Source: Alphaproteobacteria bacterium
Lineage (GTDB): Bacteria; Pseudomonadota; Alphaproteobacteria; Rhizobiales; TMED25
Length of the DNA stretch: 64,000 nt
Direction: 5' to 3'
Assembly (NCBI GenBank): GCA_045565315.1
Contig: JBJLFO010000001.1
Coordinates: forward strand, 663,732-727,731
Part shown: positions 20,754-29,712 of the stretch, piece after piece
Position numbering within the stretch: position 1 is the first letter of the stretch
How the letters are laid out: every line of letters starts with the position of its first letter
The notes under the pieces: generated by a model
The model's database searches: none
The model's input: the letters and a program-made list of their open reading frames with translations, nothing else
Told to the model about the DNA's origin: nothing
Position numbers and translations under genes: made by a program

Positions 20754-21191
20754 ATGAATGAAGATCTAAAGAGCGGTTTCAAATTTTTAAGCCAGTATAT
20801 TAAAAATTTATCATTTGATAATCCAATAGTACCTCAAAAACTTCCTCACATGATTGGAAAACCTGAGATCAATGTTGGTGTAAATGTAAATGGTATAACA
20901 ATTGACAAAGAGTCAAATATTTTCGAGGTTGAAATTAATACAAAAGTTGAGGCTGCGAACGATGGAGAGGTATCCTTCTTAGCAGAACTAACTTACGCTT
21001 CAGTAGTTCAATTGAATAAAATTGATGAGGAAAATAAATCTTTTGTTATCTTAGTAGAAATTCCAAGGATGCTATTTCCATTCGTAAGGAGAATTATTGC
21101 CGATACAATTCGAGATGGAGGTTTCCCTCCTTTATATATTGAACCTATCGATTTTTTGAAGCTTTATGAGAATAATATCAGAAAAAACTAA
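20754..21191 (+). CDS. secB: Protein-export chaperone SecB
   Basis: 145-aa acidic protein with the SecB-like core KYIKNLSFDNP...LFPFVRRIIADTIRDGGFPPL. Confidence 0.9.
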   Translation: MNEDLKSGFKFLSQYIKNLSFDNPIVPQKLPHMIGKPEINVGVNVNGITIDKESNIFEVEINTKVEAANDGEVSFLAELTYASVVQLNKIDEENKSFVILVEIPRMLFPFVRRIIADTIRDGGFPPLYIEPIDFLKLYENNIRKN

Positions 21192-21883
21192 TTATCCTCT
21201 TTACCATTCCATAATGCTTTTCCACCTAGAGTTTTTATAAATTTCCTGTGCTCATTAATTTCCTTCTGCGTCAAGCTAAGAGATGCTCTTTTTTCTCTGA
21301 TAATCTTTTTTGATTTAAGTTCCGCTTCGTCTTCATGTATATTTTCCTCATTTAGCTTAAAGTTACGTTGTCTGCCACCAATTAGCTCTATATATACCTG
21401 AGCTAGAAGATCACAATCTGATTTTGCATCGTGAAGCCCTCTTTTCTGCTCTGCTACATTATATCTTTTGCATAATGCATCTAGATTATTTGGCATACCC
21501 GGATGTTTGTTACGGGCAATTTTGAGGGTATCAATTACTTTCTCATCATCTATTATTTTCATCTTCTCGTTAGCAAGTTCGTGGTTTAAGAAACCAATAT
21601 CAAAACTAGCATTATGCGCAAGGACTGATGCTTCATTTATAAATTTCAAGAAATCTGCTGCTATCTCTTTAAAAATTGGCTTATCAGACAAAAAGTCCTT
21701 CTCTATACCATGCACCTTAAAAGCACCTGGCGAGATATCTTGTTCTTGTGGATTCAAATAGGTATGAAAATATTTCTCTGTTGGTATGTGATTAATTAAT
21801 TCAAGACAAGCAATCTCAATAATTTTATCACCTTTTTTTGGGTCAAGTCCTGTAGTCTCGATGTCGACAACAATCTCACGCAT
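21188..21883 (-). CDS. dnaQ: DNA polymerase III epsilon (3'-5' exonuclease) subunit
   Basis: Exo I VVDIETTGL, Exo II LAHNASFDIGFL, Exo III HDAKSDCDLLAQVY. Confidence 0.93.
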   Translation of the reverse strand: MREIVVDIETTGLDPKKGDKIIEIACLELINHIPTEKYFHTYLNPQEQDISPGAFKVHGIEKDFLSDKPIFKEIAADFLKFINEASVLAHNASFDIGFLNHELANEKMKIIDDEKVIDTLKIARNKHPGMPNNLDALCKRYNVAEQKRGLHDAKSDCDLLAQVYIELIGGRQRNFKLNEENIHEDEAELKSKKIIREKRASLSLTQKEINEHRKFIKTLGGKALWNGKEDN

Positions 21884-22468
21884 TTATTTTTTTTCCATAT
21901 CTGCTACAATATTTTCAATTTGTAATACGGTACTAGCATAATCATTGCTGTCAATTATGTAATCTGCTTTTTTTTCTTTTTTATATACATCCATCTGATT
22001 CTTAATTATTTTATTAAATAATACTTCATTCATATTTGGTCTTTTAAGTACTCTATGTTTTTGTAATTCGTCACTCGCCCTTACTAAAATAACAATATCT
22101 ACCTCGTCAGTAAGATTTTTTTCAAATAGTAATGGTATTTCAATTATTATAGTTTTAGCTTCTTTCCTTCTTTCTTGATCGATAAATTTTTCTCTCTCAA
22201 TTTTTACTAATGGGTGAATAAAAGACTCTAGCTTTCGCAATTTTTTCTGATCATTAAAAACTATTTCTGCAATACGAGATTTGCTGAATTTATCTTCATT
22301 ATTCATTATCTCACTCTTGACAAAGGATATTAGTGAAGGCTTATTTGAATACAAGCTTCGCACACAATCGTCTGAACTGAAAATTGGAAAATTATATTTA
22401 TCTTTTAATATATTTAGAACAAAGGATTTACCGACGCCAATTCCACCTGTTAATGCCACCTTGATCAT
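21884..22468 (-). CDS. coaE: Dephospho-CoA kinase
   Basis: P-loop LTGGIGVGKS at the N-terminus. About 194 aa. Confidence 0.92.
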   Translation of the reverse strand: MIKVALTGGIGVGKSFVLNILKDKYNFPIFSSDDCVRSLYSNKPSLISFVKSEIMNNEDKFSKSRIAEIVFNDQKKLRKLESFIHPLVKIEREKFIDQERRKEAKTIIIEIPLLFEKNLTDEVDIVILVRASDELQKHRVLKRPNMNEVLFNKIIKNQMDVYKKEKKADYIIDSNDYASTVLQIENIVADMEKK

Positions 22469-23070
22469 TCAATATATCCCTCAGATCTTAAAAACACTAA
22501 TAATTCTAAAATCGAGATACCTTGAATAGAAAATAGGTCTTTACCTATTTTTTCGAATAGGTTTATACCTATAGTTTCAATTTCATAACCACCTAGTACA
22601 GAAAATACCTTGTCATTCATAGATTTTATATAGTTACCTATGTATTCATCACTCAACTTCCTCATTTTCATCTCTTGTACAGAAATATAATGCCATACTT
22701 CTCTTTCATTTTTGATACATAGTGTCCCTGTAACTAAATTATGAATATTTCCACTTAACTGCTTAAGTTGGCTCACTGACTCTTTTATACTTTTAGGTTT
22801 TAGAAAAATTTTATCATCAAATAATAAGACCTGATCACAGCCGATTACTATATCTTCTTGGTGGTCTTTTGATATATTTTTAGCCTTTTCTAATGCAAGC
22901 TTGTAAACCATTGTTTTTACAGTTTCAATATTTTGTTTTACCTTCGTATACTCAGTTTGGATAATGCTCTCATCATAATTAGAGCCAATACTAGTGAAAG
23001 GGACACCTGTATTTTTTAAGAGATTGATTCTTATATTACTCTTAGATGCTAGGATAATTTTCGTTTTCAT
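22465..23070 (-). CDS. maf: Maf-family nucleoside triphosphate pyrophosphatase
   Basis: Maf-like N-terminus KIILASKS..R and length of about 200 aa. Conserved position next to coaE/dnaQ. Confidence 0.88.
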   Translation of the reverse strand: MKTKIILASKSNIRINLLKNTGVPFTSIGSNYDESIIQTEYTKVKQNIETVKTMVYKLALEKAKNISKDHQEDIVIGCDQVLLFDDKIFLKPKSIKESVSQLKQLSGNIHNLVTGTLCIKNEREVWHYISVQEMKMRKLSDEYIGNYIKSMNDKVFSVLGGYEIETIGINLFEKIGKDLFSIQGISILELLVFLRSEGYIE

Positions 23071-23899
23071 TATGATTTAATTTTCTTTGTCTTAGTAGTG
23101 ACATAATTTCTGCAGCTGTCTCTTCAATAGATCTTCTGGTCACATCTATAACAGGCCAATTATTCTTCCCAAATATTTTTTTTGCTTTTATAATTTCATC
23201 ACTAACTGATCTTTTATCAATATAATTTGTATCACCACTTTCATTCAAGGCCATTAATCTATTCTTCCTTATTTGTACAATTCTTTCAGGTGTTGCTATA
23301 AGTCCTATTATAAGAGGTGTTGTAACATTATATAATTCATTCGGAAGTGCAATTCCATCAATAAAAGGTATGTTTGCTGTTTTTATACCTCTGTTTGCAA
23401 GATAAATACTTGTTGGTGTTTTGGACGTGCGGCTGACACCTACTAAAATAATATCCGCTATATTTAAATCTTCTGAAATGGCACCATCATCATTAGCAAG
23501 AGTATAGTTCATAGCATCAATTCTTTCGAAATATTCTGTGTTTAATTCATGTTGGCCGCCAATTATAGTGTCTGCTTTTATTTTATATATATTCGATAAA
23601 GATTTATGTACTATTTCAAGTGGGTCAATAAGTGGAATGCTTAAACTATCACATAGAATCTGTAAATCATTTTTCAATTTAGAATTTGAAAACGTACATA
23701 GCACAATTCCTGGATCCTGTTTTATAGATTCAAATACCGTATCAATTTGCCTCTTATTGCGGACCAAAGAATGCATGAACTGTTTAAATGGTAGATCTTT
23801 ATATTGAACCAAAACTGCCTTTGCAATAGTAGTTAGTGTTTCCCCTGTAGAGTCGCTGACCATATGAATGTTATGACTTAGTCGATTCTTAACAGCCAT
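23042..23899 (-). CDS. Pyruvate,phosphate dikinase / PEP synthase regulatory protein (DUF299, RP001 homologue)
   Basis: Bifunctional kinase-phosphotransferase P-loop GVSRTSKTPTS. About 285 aa. Confidence 0.88.
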   Translation of the reverse strand: MAVKNRLSHNIHMVSDSTGETLTTIAKAVLVQYKDLPFKQFMHSLVRNKRQIDTVFESIKQDPGIVLCTFSNSKLKNDLQILCDSLSIPLIDPLEIVHKSLSNIYKIKADTIIGGQHELNTEYFERIDAMNYTLANDDGAISEDLNIADIILVGVSRTSKTPTSIYLANRGIKTANIPFIDGIALPNELYNVTTPLIIGLIATPERIVQIRKNRLMALNESGDTNYIDKRSVSDEIIKAKKIFGKNNWPVIDVTRRSIEETAAEIMSLLRQRKLNHNENENYPSI

Positions 23900-24277
23900 T
23901 GTTGATAATTCCCCCTCAGATTGTGTATTACTCTAATTAACCAATAATAATAATCACTATTATACATTTAATTAAAAATTAATTAACAATAATAACGCTG
24001 TGAATTAATAAATATAACTTATTATGACCTGTACATAAGTATAATTATACACGTATTATCCACAATTTCTTCACAGGTTTTCCGCAGTGAGTATATTATA
24101 TATGGCATTGATTTTTATGCTATCAAATATTAAATATTGGTTATTAGTTTGTTTTTTAGTAAACTTATCGTTATTTGAATGTGTATAATTATATATGTTT
24201 ATAAGATGTGTAAAAAAAATAATTCCCGAAAATCACAGACTTAACAACAACAACAACTTTTTATAAGAATAGTAGTT
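23900..24277. other. oriC: Putative chromosomal replication origin (oriC, Caulobacter Cori-like context)
   Basis: 378-bp ORF-free AT-rich gap with genes diverging on both sides. It holds a cluster of DnaA-box-like 9-mers including one perfect box. Its flanks, hemE and the RP001/DUF299 homologue, match those of characterised alphaproteobacterial origins. Confidence 0.6.
24056..24086 (+). promoter_or_regulatory. Phased array of three DnaA boxes
   Basis: TTATCCACA at 24056-24064 (perfect), TTCTTCACA at 24067-24075 (2 mismatches) and TTTTCCGCA at 24078-24086 (2 mismatches). All share one orientation, with starts exactly 11 bp apart. Confidence 0.6.
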
Positions 24278-25303
24278 ATGACAATACTGTGTGAAATTAA
24301 TAACGGCAAAAAAATATGGCCACCCCCAATATGGATTATGAGGCAAGCTGGGAGGTATTTACCTGAGTATAATATAATCAGGAAAAAAGCAGGTTCTTTT
24401 TTAGATCTTTGTTATAATCCGAAATATTCTTCAGAAGTTACGTTGCAACCTATTAAGAGATTTAATCTTGATGCTGCAATTATATTTGCAGATATATTAT
24501 TAATAGCAGAAAATCTTAATCTTAAACTTCAGTTTGAGGATAGTGTTGGGCCAATTATCACACCAACTATTACAAATAGTTTAAACTTAGATAAAGTTAT
24601 ACAAGTTGAAAATTCAAGGCTTATGAAAGTTATGGATTCCATAGATCTAAGTCGTAACTTATTGGAAAAAGAAAAGAGTTTAATTGGTTTTTGTGGGGCT
24701 CCTTGGACAGTATTAACTTATTTAATTAATGGTACTTCTACGAGAGACTTCCAAGACACTATTAGCTGGATGCATAACAACAAAACCTTGGCAGCAGAAT
24801 TATTAGACGTATTAACAGTGCTATCTATAGATTATCTAAGCTTACAAATTGAAGCAGGCGCAGACGTAATTAAGATCTTTGACACCTGGTCTGGGGTTTT
24901 AGAAAGAGAAGATTTTCTAAACTGGGTTGTTCAACCAACAAAAAATATAGTTTCAGCCATAAAAAATAAATATAAGGCAGTTCCAGTTATCGGTTTTCCG
25001 AAAGGTGCAAAAGATTTTTATGAAGTCTATATAGATGAGACAGGTGTTGATATAATAGCGTTAGATCACGATCTTAATAGAGATTTTTGTAGAGATACTC
25101 TACAGAAAAAAGCAATACTACAAGGCAATGTATCTCCGGAATCATTACGAACAGGTGGCCAGCAGCTCGAAGATGAGATATTTGATACCATGGAAAAGTT
25201 TGGCAAAGAACCTTTTATTATAAATCTAGGACATGGTATAATAAAAGATACACCAATAACAAATGTGGAAAATTTTATTAAAATAATTAGAGATTATAAC
25301 TAG
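24278..25303 (+). CDS. hemE: Uroporphyrinogen decarboxylase
   Basis: Signature PIWIMRQAGRYLPEY near the N-terminus. About 341 aa. Confidence 0.95.
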   Translation: MTILCEINNGKKIWPPPIWIMRQAGRYLPEYNIIRKKAGSFLDLCYNPKYSSEVTLQPIKRFNLDAAIIFADILLIAENLNLKLQFEDSVGPIITPTITNSLNLDKVIQVENSRLMKVMDSIDLSRNLLEKEKSLIGFCGAPWTVLTYLINGTSTRDFQDTISWMHNNKTLAAELLDVLTVLSIDYLSLQIEAGADVIKIFDTWSGVLEREDFLNWVVQPTKNIVSAIKNKYKAVPVIGFPKGAKDFYEVYIDETGVDIIALDHDLNRDFCRDTLQKKAILQGNVSPESLRTGGQQLEDEIFDTMEKFGKEPFIINLGHGIIKDTPITNVENFIKIIRDYN

Positions 25304-25310
25304 GTTTTAT

Positions 25311-25844
25311 ATGAAAGATATTCTAATAGTATATTCCTCAAAAGATGGTCACACAAAAAAAATATCAAATCATATTGGGTCAATACTGGTTAAAGAAAAA
25401 GATGTTGATGTTATCTCAATTGATAATATTTCTGATGTTGATATTACCTCATATAATAATTTTATAATTGGTGCTAGCGTAAGGTATGGTCGGCACAGTA
25501 AAAAAATTATCAACTTTATTAGAAATAATAGTAAGCTCTTTGGCGAACAGTATACGAGTTTTTTTTCTGTCAACGCAACAGCTCGTAAGACCGGGAAAAA
25601 TACTCCAGAAAAGAATCCATATGTAGTAAAATTTCTTGAGGCCACATCGTGGAAACCAAGAAGGTCGCAGGTATTTGCGGGTAAGATTGATTACCCAAAT
25701 TATCGATTTTATGATAAATTTATAATAAGATTTATAATGTTCTTAACAAGTGGACCAACTAACATAGATACATCGCACGAGTTCACCAATTGGGATCGAG
25801 TTAACGACTTTGCAATGAACATCATGAAAGATATTGAAGACTGA
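25311..25844 (+). CDS. hemG: Flavodoxin-like menaquinone-dependent protoporphyrinogen oxidase (HemG type)
   Basis: 177 aa with a flavodoxin N-terminus ILIVYSSKDGHTKKIS. HemG-specific stretches IGASVRYGRH, FFSVNATARK and DYPNYRFYDKFIIRFIM closely resemble enterobacterial HemG as I recall it. Confidence 0.8.
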   Translation: MKDILIVYSSKDGHTKKISNHIGSILVKEKDVDVISIDNISDVDITSYNNFIIGASVRYGRHSKKIINFIRNNSKLFGEQYTSFFSVNATARKTGKNTPEKNPYVVKFLEATSWKPRRSQVFAGKIDYPNYRFYDKFIIRFIMFLTSGPTNIDTSHEFTNWDRVNDFAMNIMKDIED

Positions 25845-25951
25845 TATAAAGTCGTATCAAGTTTTTCTTTGATATCAACAATAATTTATGATATCATTAA
25901 CTTTAATAATCATTATTACCCAGTATATTTTCATACAAAATCTCATCAAAC

Positions 25952-27244
25952 ATGACAGAAAATTCAAAAGATATAGTCTCGAATAAGGTACGTCTCAAGA
26001 ATCTCAAAGAGAAAAAACCAGCCGAATTATTATCATTAGCTGAGGAGCATGAAATTGAAAATGCTAGCACCTTAAGAAAACAAGAATTACTCTTTGCAAT
26101 TTTGAAAAGACTCGCGGAAAAAGATATTATCATAATTGGAGATGGTGTAGTAGAGGTATTACAAGACGGCTTTGGCTTTATTCGATCTCCAGATGCAAAT
26201 TATTTGCCAGGTCCAGACGACATATACGTAAGTCCGAGTCAGATAAGAAGATTTACCCTCCGAACAGGAGACAGTATCGAGGGTGAAATTAGAAGTCCTA
26301 AAGAGGGTGAGAGATATTTTGCGTTATTAAAGGTAAATGCCATAAATTTTGAAGATCCAGAAAAAAGTAGGCACAAAATTAACTTCGATAATTTGACACC
26401 TTTATACCCAGATGAGTCCCTTAGTATGGAAATACTAGACCCCTCATTGAAAGACAAAAGCGGACGGATAATTGATATCGTTGCACCTCTTGGTAAAGGG
26501 CAGCGAGGATTAATCGTTGCTCCACCTAGAACAGGGAAGACAGTTCTTCTGCAAAACATTGCTCATTCAATTACATCAAATCATCCAGAATGTTATCTTA
26601 TAGTTTTACTCATTGACGAAAGACCTGAAGAAGTTACAGATATGCAAAGATCAGTAAAAGGAGAAGTGGTCTCATCGACGTTTGATGAACCAGCATCTAG
26701 GCATGTCCAAGTCGCGGAGATGGTTATTGAGAAAGCAAAGAGACTGGTAGAGCATGGCCGAGACGTAATAATACTATTAGACTCAATTACACGCCTAGGT
26801 CGTGCATATAACACAGTTGTACCCTCATCAGGTAAAGTTTTAACAGGTGGCGTTGATGCCAACGCACTTCAAAGACCCAAGAGATTCTTTGGGGCGGCTA
26901 GAAACATTGAAGAGGGAGGGTCCTTGACTATCATATCTACTGCATTAATAGACACTGGAAGTCGGATGGATGAGGTAATTTTTGAAGAATTTAAAGGAAC
27001 GGGAAATTCTGAAATTATTTTGGATAGAAAAGTTTCAGATAAGAGAGTGTTCCCATCTATGGATATACTTCGTTCTGGTACGAGAAAAGAGGAACTGCTC
27101 ATAAGCGATGCTACTCTAAAAAAGATGTTTGTGCTGCGTAGAATACTTAATCCTATGGGAACTGTAGATGCAATGGAGTTCTTGCTAGATAAAATTGCTC
27201 AAACTAAAGACAATAGTGAGTTTTTTGACTCAATGAATACTTAA
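25952..27244 (+). CDS. rho: Transcription termination factor Rho
   Basis: N-terminal Rho_N ([15 protein letters not shown]), an RNA-binding domain (GFGFIRS) and Walker A APPRTGKT. Confidence 0.97.
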   Translation: MTENSKDIVSNKVRLKNLKEKKPAELLSLAEEHEIENASTLRKQELLFAILKRLAEKDIIIIGDGVVEVLQDGFGFIRSPDANYLPGPDDIYVSPSQIRRFTLRTGDSIEGEIRSPKEGERYFALLKVNAINFEDPEKSRHKINFDNLTPLYPDESLSMEILDPSLKDKSGRIIDIVAPLGKGQRGLIVAPPRTGKTVLLQNIAHSITSNHPECYLIVLLIDERPEEVTDMQRSVKGEVVSSTFDEPASRHVQVAEMVIEKAKRLVEHGRDVIILLDSITRLGRAYNTVVPSSGKVLTGGVDANALQRPKRFFGAARNIEEGGSLTIISTALIDTGSRMDEVIFEEFKGTGNSEIILDRKVSDKRVFPSMDILRSGTRKEELLISDATLKKMFVLRRILNPMGTVDAMEFLLDKIAQTKDNSEFFDSMNT

Positions 27245-27246
27245 TT

Positions 27247-28218
27247 CTATGGTTTAATAATGGTCGCACCCATTGTTTCCCTTCTAGTCAGAGAATTATG
27301 TGCATCGGCTATGTTCCTTAAACTAAATTCTTGTTGAATATCAATGGAAACTTTTTTGTTGATTAGTGCTTCAAAGAAAGAACTAGATGCTTTTTCAAGC
27401 TGGTCTCTAGTCTTTACATAATCAAACAGAGTTGGCCTAGTAACATATATCGATCCTTTTTTCATTAAATCCAGGATATTGATCGGTTCGGGGACACCAG
27501 ATGCGTTTCCGAAGGAGACCAATAAACCCCTCTTTTCTAATACATCCATGGAGTCTTCTATTGTATTTTTTCCTATAGAGTCATAAACAACTGTAACGCC
27601 TTCACTATTCGTAATTTCATTCACTTTGTCTTTAAAAGAAGATGTATTATAATTTATGACGAAGTCACACCCGTTAGACTTCGCATAATCAAGTTTTTTT
27701 TCAGACCCCACAGTACCAATTACAAGTGCCCCCATTGATTTAGCCCAGGATGTAGCTATTGAACCAACTCCACCAGCTGCAGCATGAAACAGAATTTTTT
27801 GTCCTTTAGCTACCTCGTATACATCGTGAAGCAAGAAATAAGCGGTTAGGCCTTTTAAAAATCCACCGGCGATCACATCAAAGTCTATTTCATTAGGAAG
27901 ATGTACTAGCAGACTCTCTGGAACTAAATTAAATTCTGCGTATGCACCAACAGGACCATTACAATAACAAACACGATCGCCAACCTTAAAATTTTTTACC
28001 AATTCTCCCACAGACTCCACTACACCAGATGCCTCGAGGCCTAGACCTGACGGAAGATTAAGAGGATATAGTCCACTTCTTTGGTAGATATCGATGAAGT
28101 TTATACCAATAGCTGCATGTTTAACTAAAACCTGATCAGCACTTGCCGATGGTATTTCTACTTCGGTAAGCTCCATTTGCTCAGCATCACCAAGTTTATT
28201 CAATATTATTTTTCTCAT
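27247..28218 (-). CDS. qor: NADPH:quinone oxidoreductase (zeta-crystallin/MDR family)
   Basis: Medium-chain dehydrogenase fold with nucleotide motif AAAGGVGS and no zinc ligands. Confidence 0.85.
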   Translation of the reverse strand: MRKIILNKLGDAEQMELTEVEIPSASADQVLVKHAAIGINFIDIYQRSGLYPLNLPSGLGLEASGVVESVGELVKNFKVGDRVCYCNGPVGAYAEFNLVPESLLVHLPNEIDFDVIAGGFLKGLTAYFLLHDVYEVAKGQKILFHAAAGGVGSIATSWAKSMGALVIGTVGSEKKLDYAKSNGCDFVINYNTSSFKDKVNEITNSEGVTVVYDSIGKNTIEDSMDVLEKRGLLVSFGNASGVPEPINILDLMKKGSIYVTRPTLFDYVKTRDQLEKASSSFFEALINKKVSIDIQQEFSLRNIADAHNSLTRRETMGATIIKP

Positions 28219-28346
28219 TTATGTACCCCTCCAAAATATCAATTTTATATTAGAATAAATCAGAAGAGAATGTTTTTCTGAAATAATTTTATGTTTCATT
28301 ATAACTATTTATTGATGTATTAATATGCAGATAATAAATATTAGAA

Positions 28347-29669
28347 ATGGCTATGTTAAGATCTAACCCTAAAAATATTTTTGCACTTTCAACGGCTCCA
28401 GGTAAAGCGGGAATGTCCGTTATAAGACTTTCTGGTCCAAGTGTAGTAAATTTAGCCTCAATATTTAGTATAGATATTCCAAATCCTCGACGTGTAAAGT
28501 TATGCAAATTAATCCATCCAGAAACTAAGGAAATTATAGATAACCCCCTAATAACATACTTTAAGTCGCCTAAAAGTTATACAGGTGAGGATGTTATAGA
28601 AATCTCAATACATGGCGGAAAAGCAATACAAAACATTATTTTCAAAGTTTTATCAGCGCACGAAGATTTCATATATGCAGAAGCGGGTGAATTTACAAAA
28701 AGAGCATTCTTAAATGGTAAATTAGATCTTCTTGCGATTGAAGGATTAAATGACTTGGTTAACTCTGAAACAGAATTTCAAAGGAAGCAGGCTTTTGATC
28801 AAATGGAAGGAAAGTTATCATCACTTTATAATAAGTGGACAAGCCAGCTTATAAAAAATCTATCATATATCGAAGCTACCATTGACTTTATCGAGGAGGA
28901 GTTACCATTAAATCTTATATCTGAACAAAAGAAAGAAATTATGAATATTTACCGAGAAATTGAAGATCACCTTAATGATGCAAATAAAGGAGAAAGATTA
29001 AGGGATGGCTTCAGAATTATAATAGCTGGTGCACCCAACACAGGCAAATCAAGTCTTCTTAATCATTTGTCAAATAGGGATATTGCTATTGTTTCTCCTA
29101 TTGCTGGAACCACAAGAGATAGTCTGGATACATACTTAGATATTAAAGGTTTTCCTGTCATAATTACCGATACTGCTGGAATAAGAAAAGCTCGTACAAA
29201 TATTGAGCAAATAGGCATTAAAAGAGCAGAAAGTAAAATAATGGATGCCGACCTCGTATTATGGCTAATGGACTCAAGTAAAAAAAATAATATACAAGTT
29301 CCGAAAAGTATAGTTAACAAATCTATAGAAGTTTGGACAAAGTCTGATATCTCCATAATAAACAAAAAAGATATAAATATATCGACAAAAATGAATCAAG
29401 GAATAACAGAACTCATTGATATTATTGGACAATATGTAGAAGAAGGCTGTAGAACTGAAGGTGCATTCATAACTAGATCAAGGCACAGGGATGCTCTTGA
29501 AAAGACAAAAAACCATTTAGATAATTCTATTAAAATTTCTGAAATCGAGTTAGAGCTTTTAGCAGAAGAACTTAGGAGCGCCGTTAACTCACTTGGGCGT
29601 ATAACTGGGAATGTTGATGTTGAAGACTTATTAGAAGTAATATTTTCAGACTTTTGTATTGGTAAATAA
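28347..29669 (+). CDS. mnmE: tRNA modification GTPase MnmE
   Basis: G1 motif GAPNTGKSSL, DTAG, and the C-terminal FCIGK tetrapeptide. Confidence 0.95.
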   Translation: MAMLRSNPKNIFALSTAPGKAGMSVIRLSGPSVVNLASIFSIDIPNPRRVKLCKLIHPETKEIIDNPLITYFKSPKSYTGEDVIEISIHGGKAIQNIIFKVLSAHEDFIYAEAGEFTKRAFLNGKLDLLAIEGLNDLVNSETEFQRKQAFDQMEGKLSSLYNKWTSQLIKNLSYIEATIDFIEEELPLNLISEQKKEIMNIYREIEDHLNDANKGERLRDGFRIIIAGAPNTGKSSLLNHLSNRDIAIVSPIAGTTRDSLDTYLDIKGFPVIITDTAGIRKARTNIEQIGIKRAESKIMDADLVLWLMDSSKKNNIQVPKSIVNKSIEVWTKSDISIINKKDINISTKMNQGITELIDIIGQYVEEGCRTEGAFITRSRHRDALEKTKNHLDNSIKISEIELELLAEELRSAVNSLGRITGNVDVEDLLEVIFSDFCIGK

Positions 29670-29712
29670 CGCAGAATATAATATATAATATATAGTATCT
29701 AGGAACCTTATT

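Noticed and set aside
23968-23982. TTAA-N7-TTAA as a definite CtrA binding site
   Set aside because: Such motifs arise frequently by chance at this AT content. It is mentioned only as supporting context for the origin, not called as a feature.
24243-24257. (AAC)5 microsatellite upstream of hemE
   Set aside because: It is too short to call a functional or phase-variable repeat and is noted only within the origin region.
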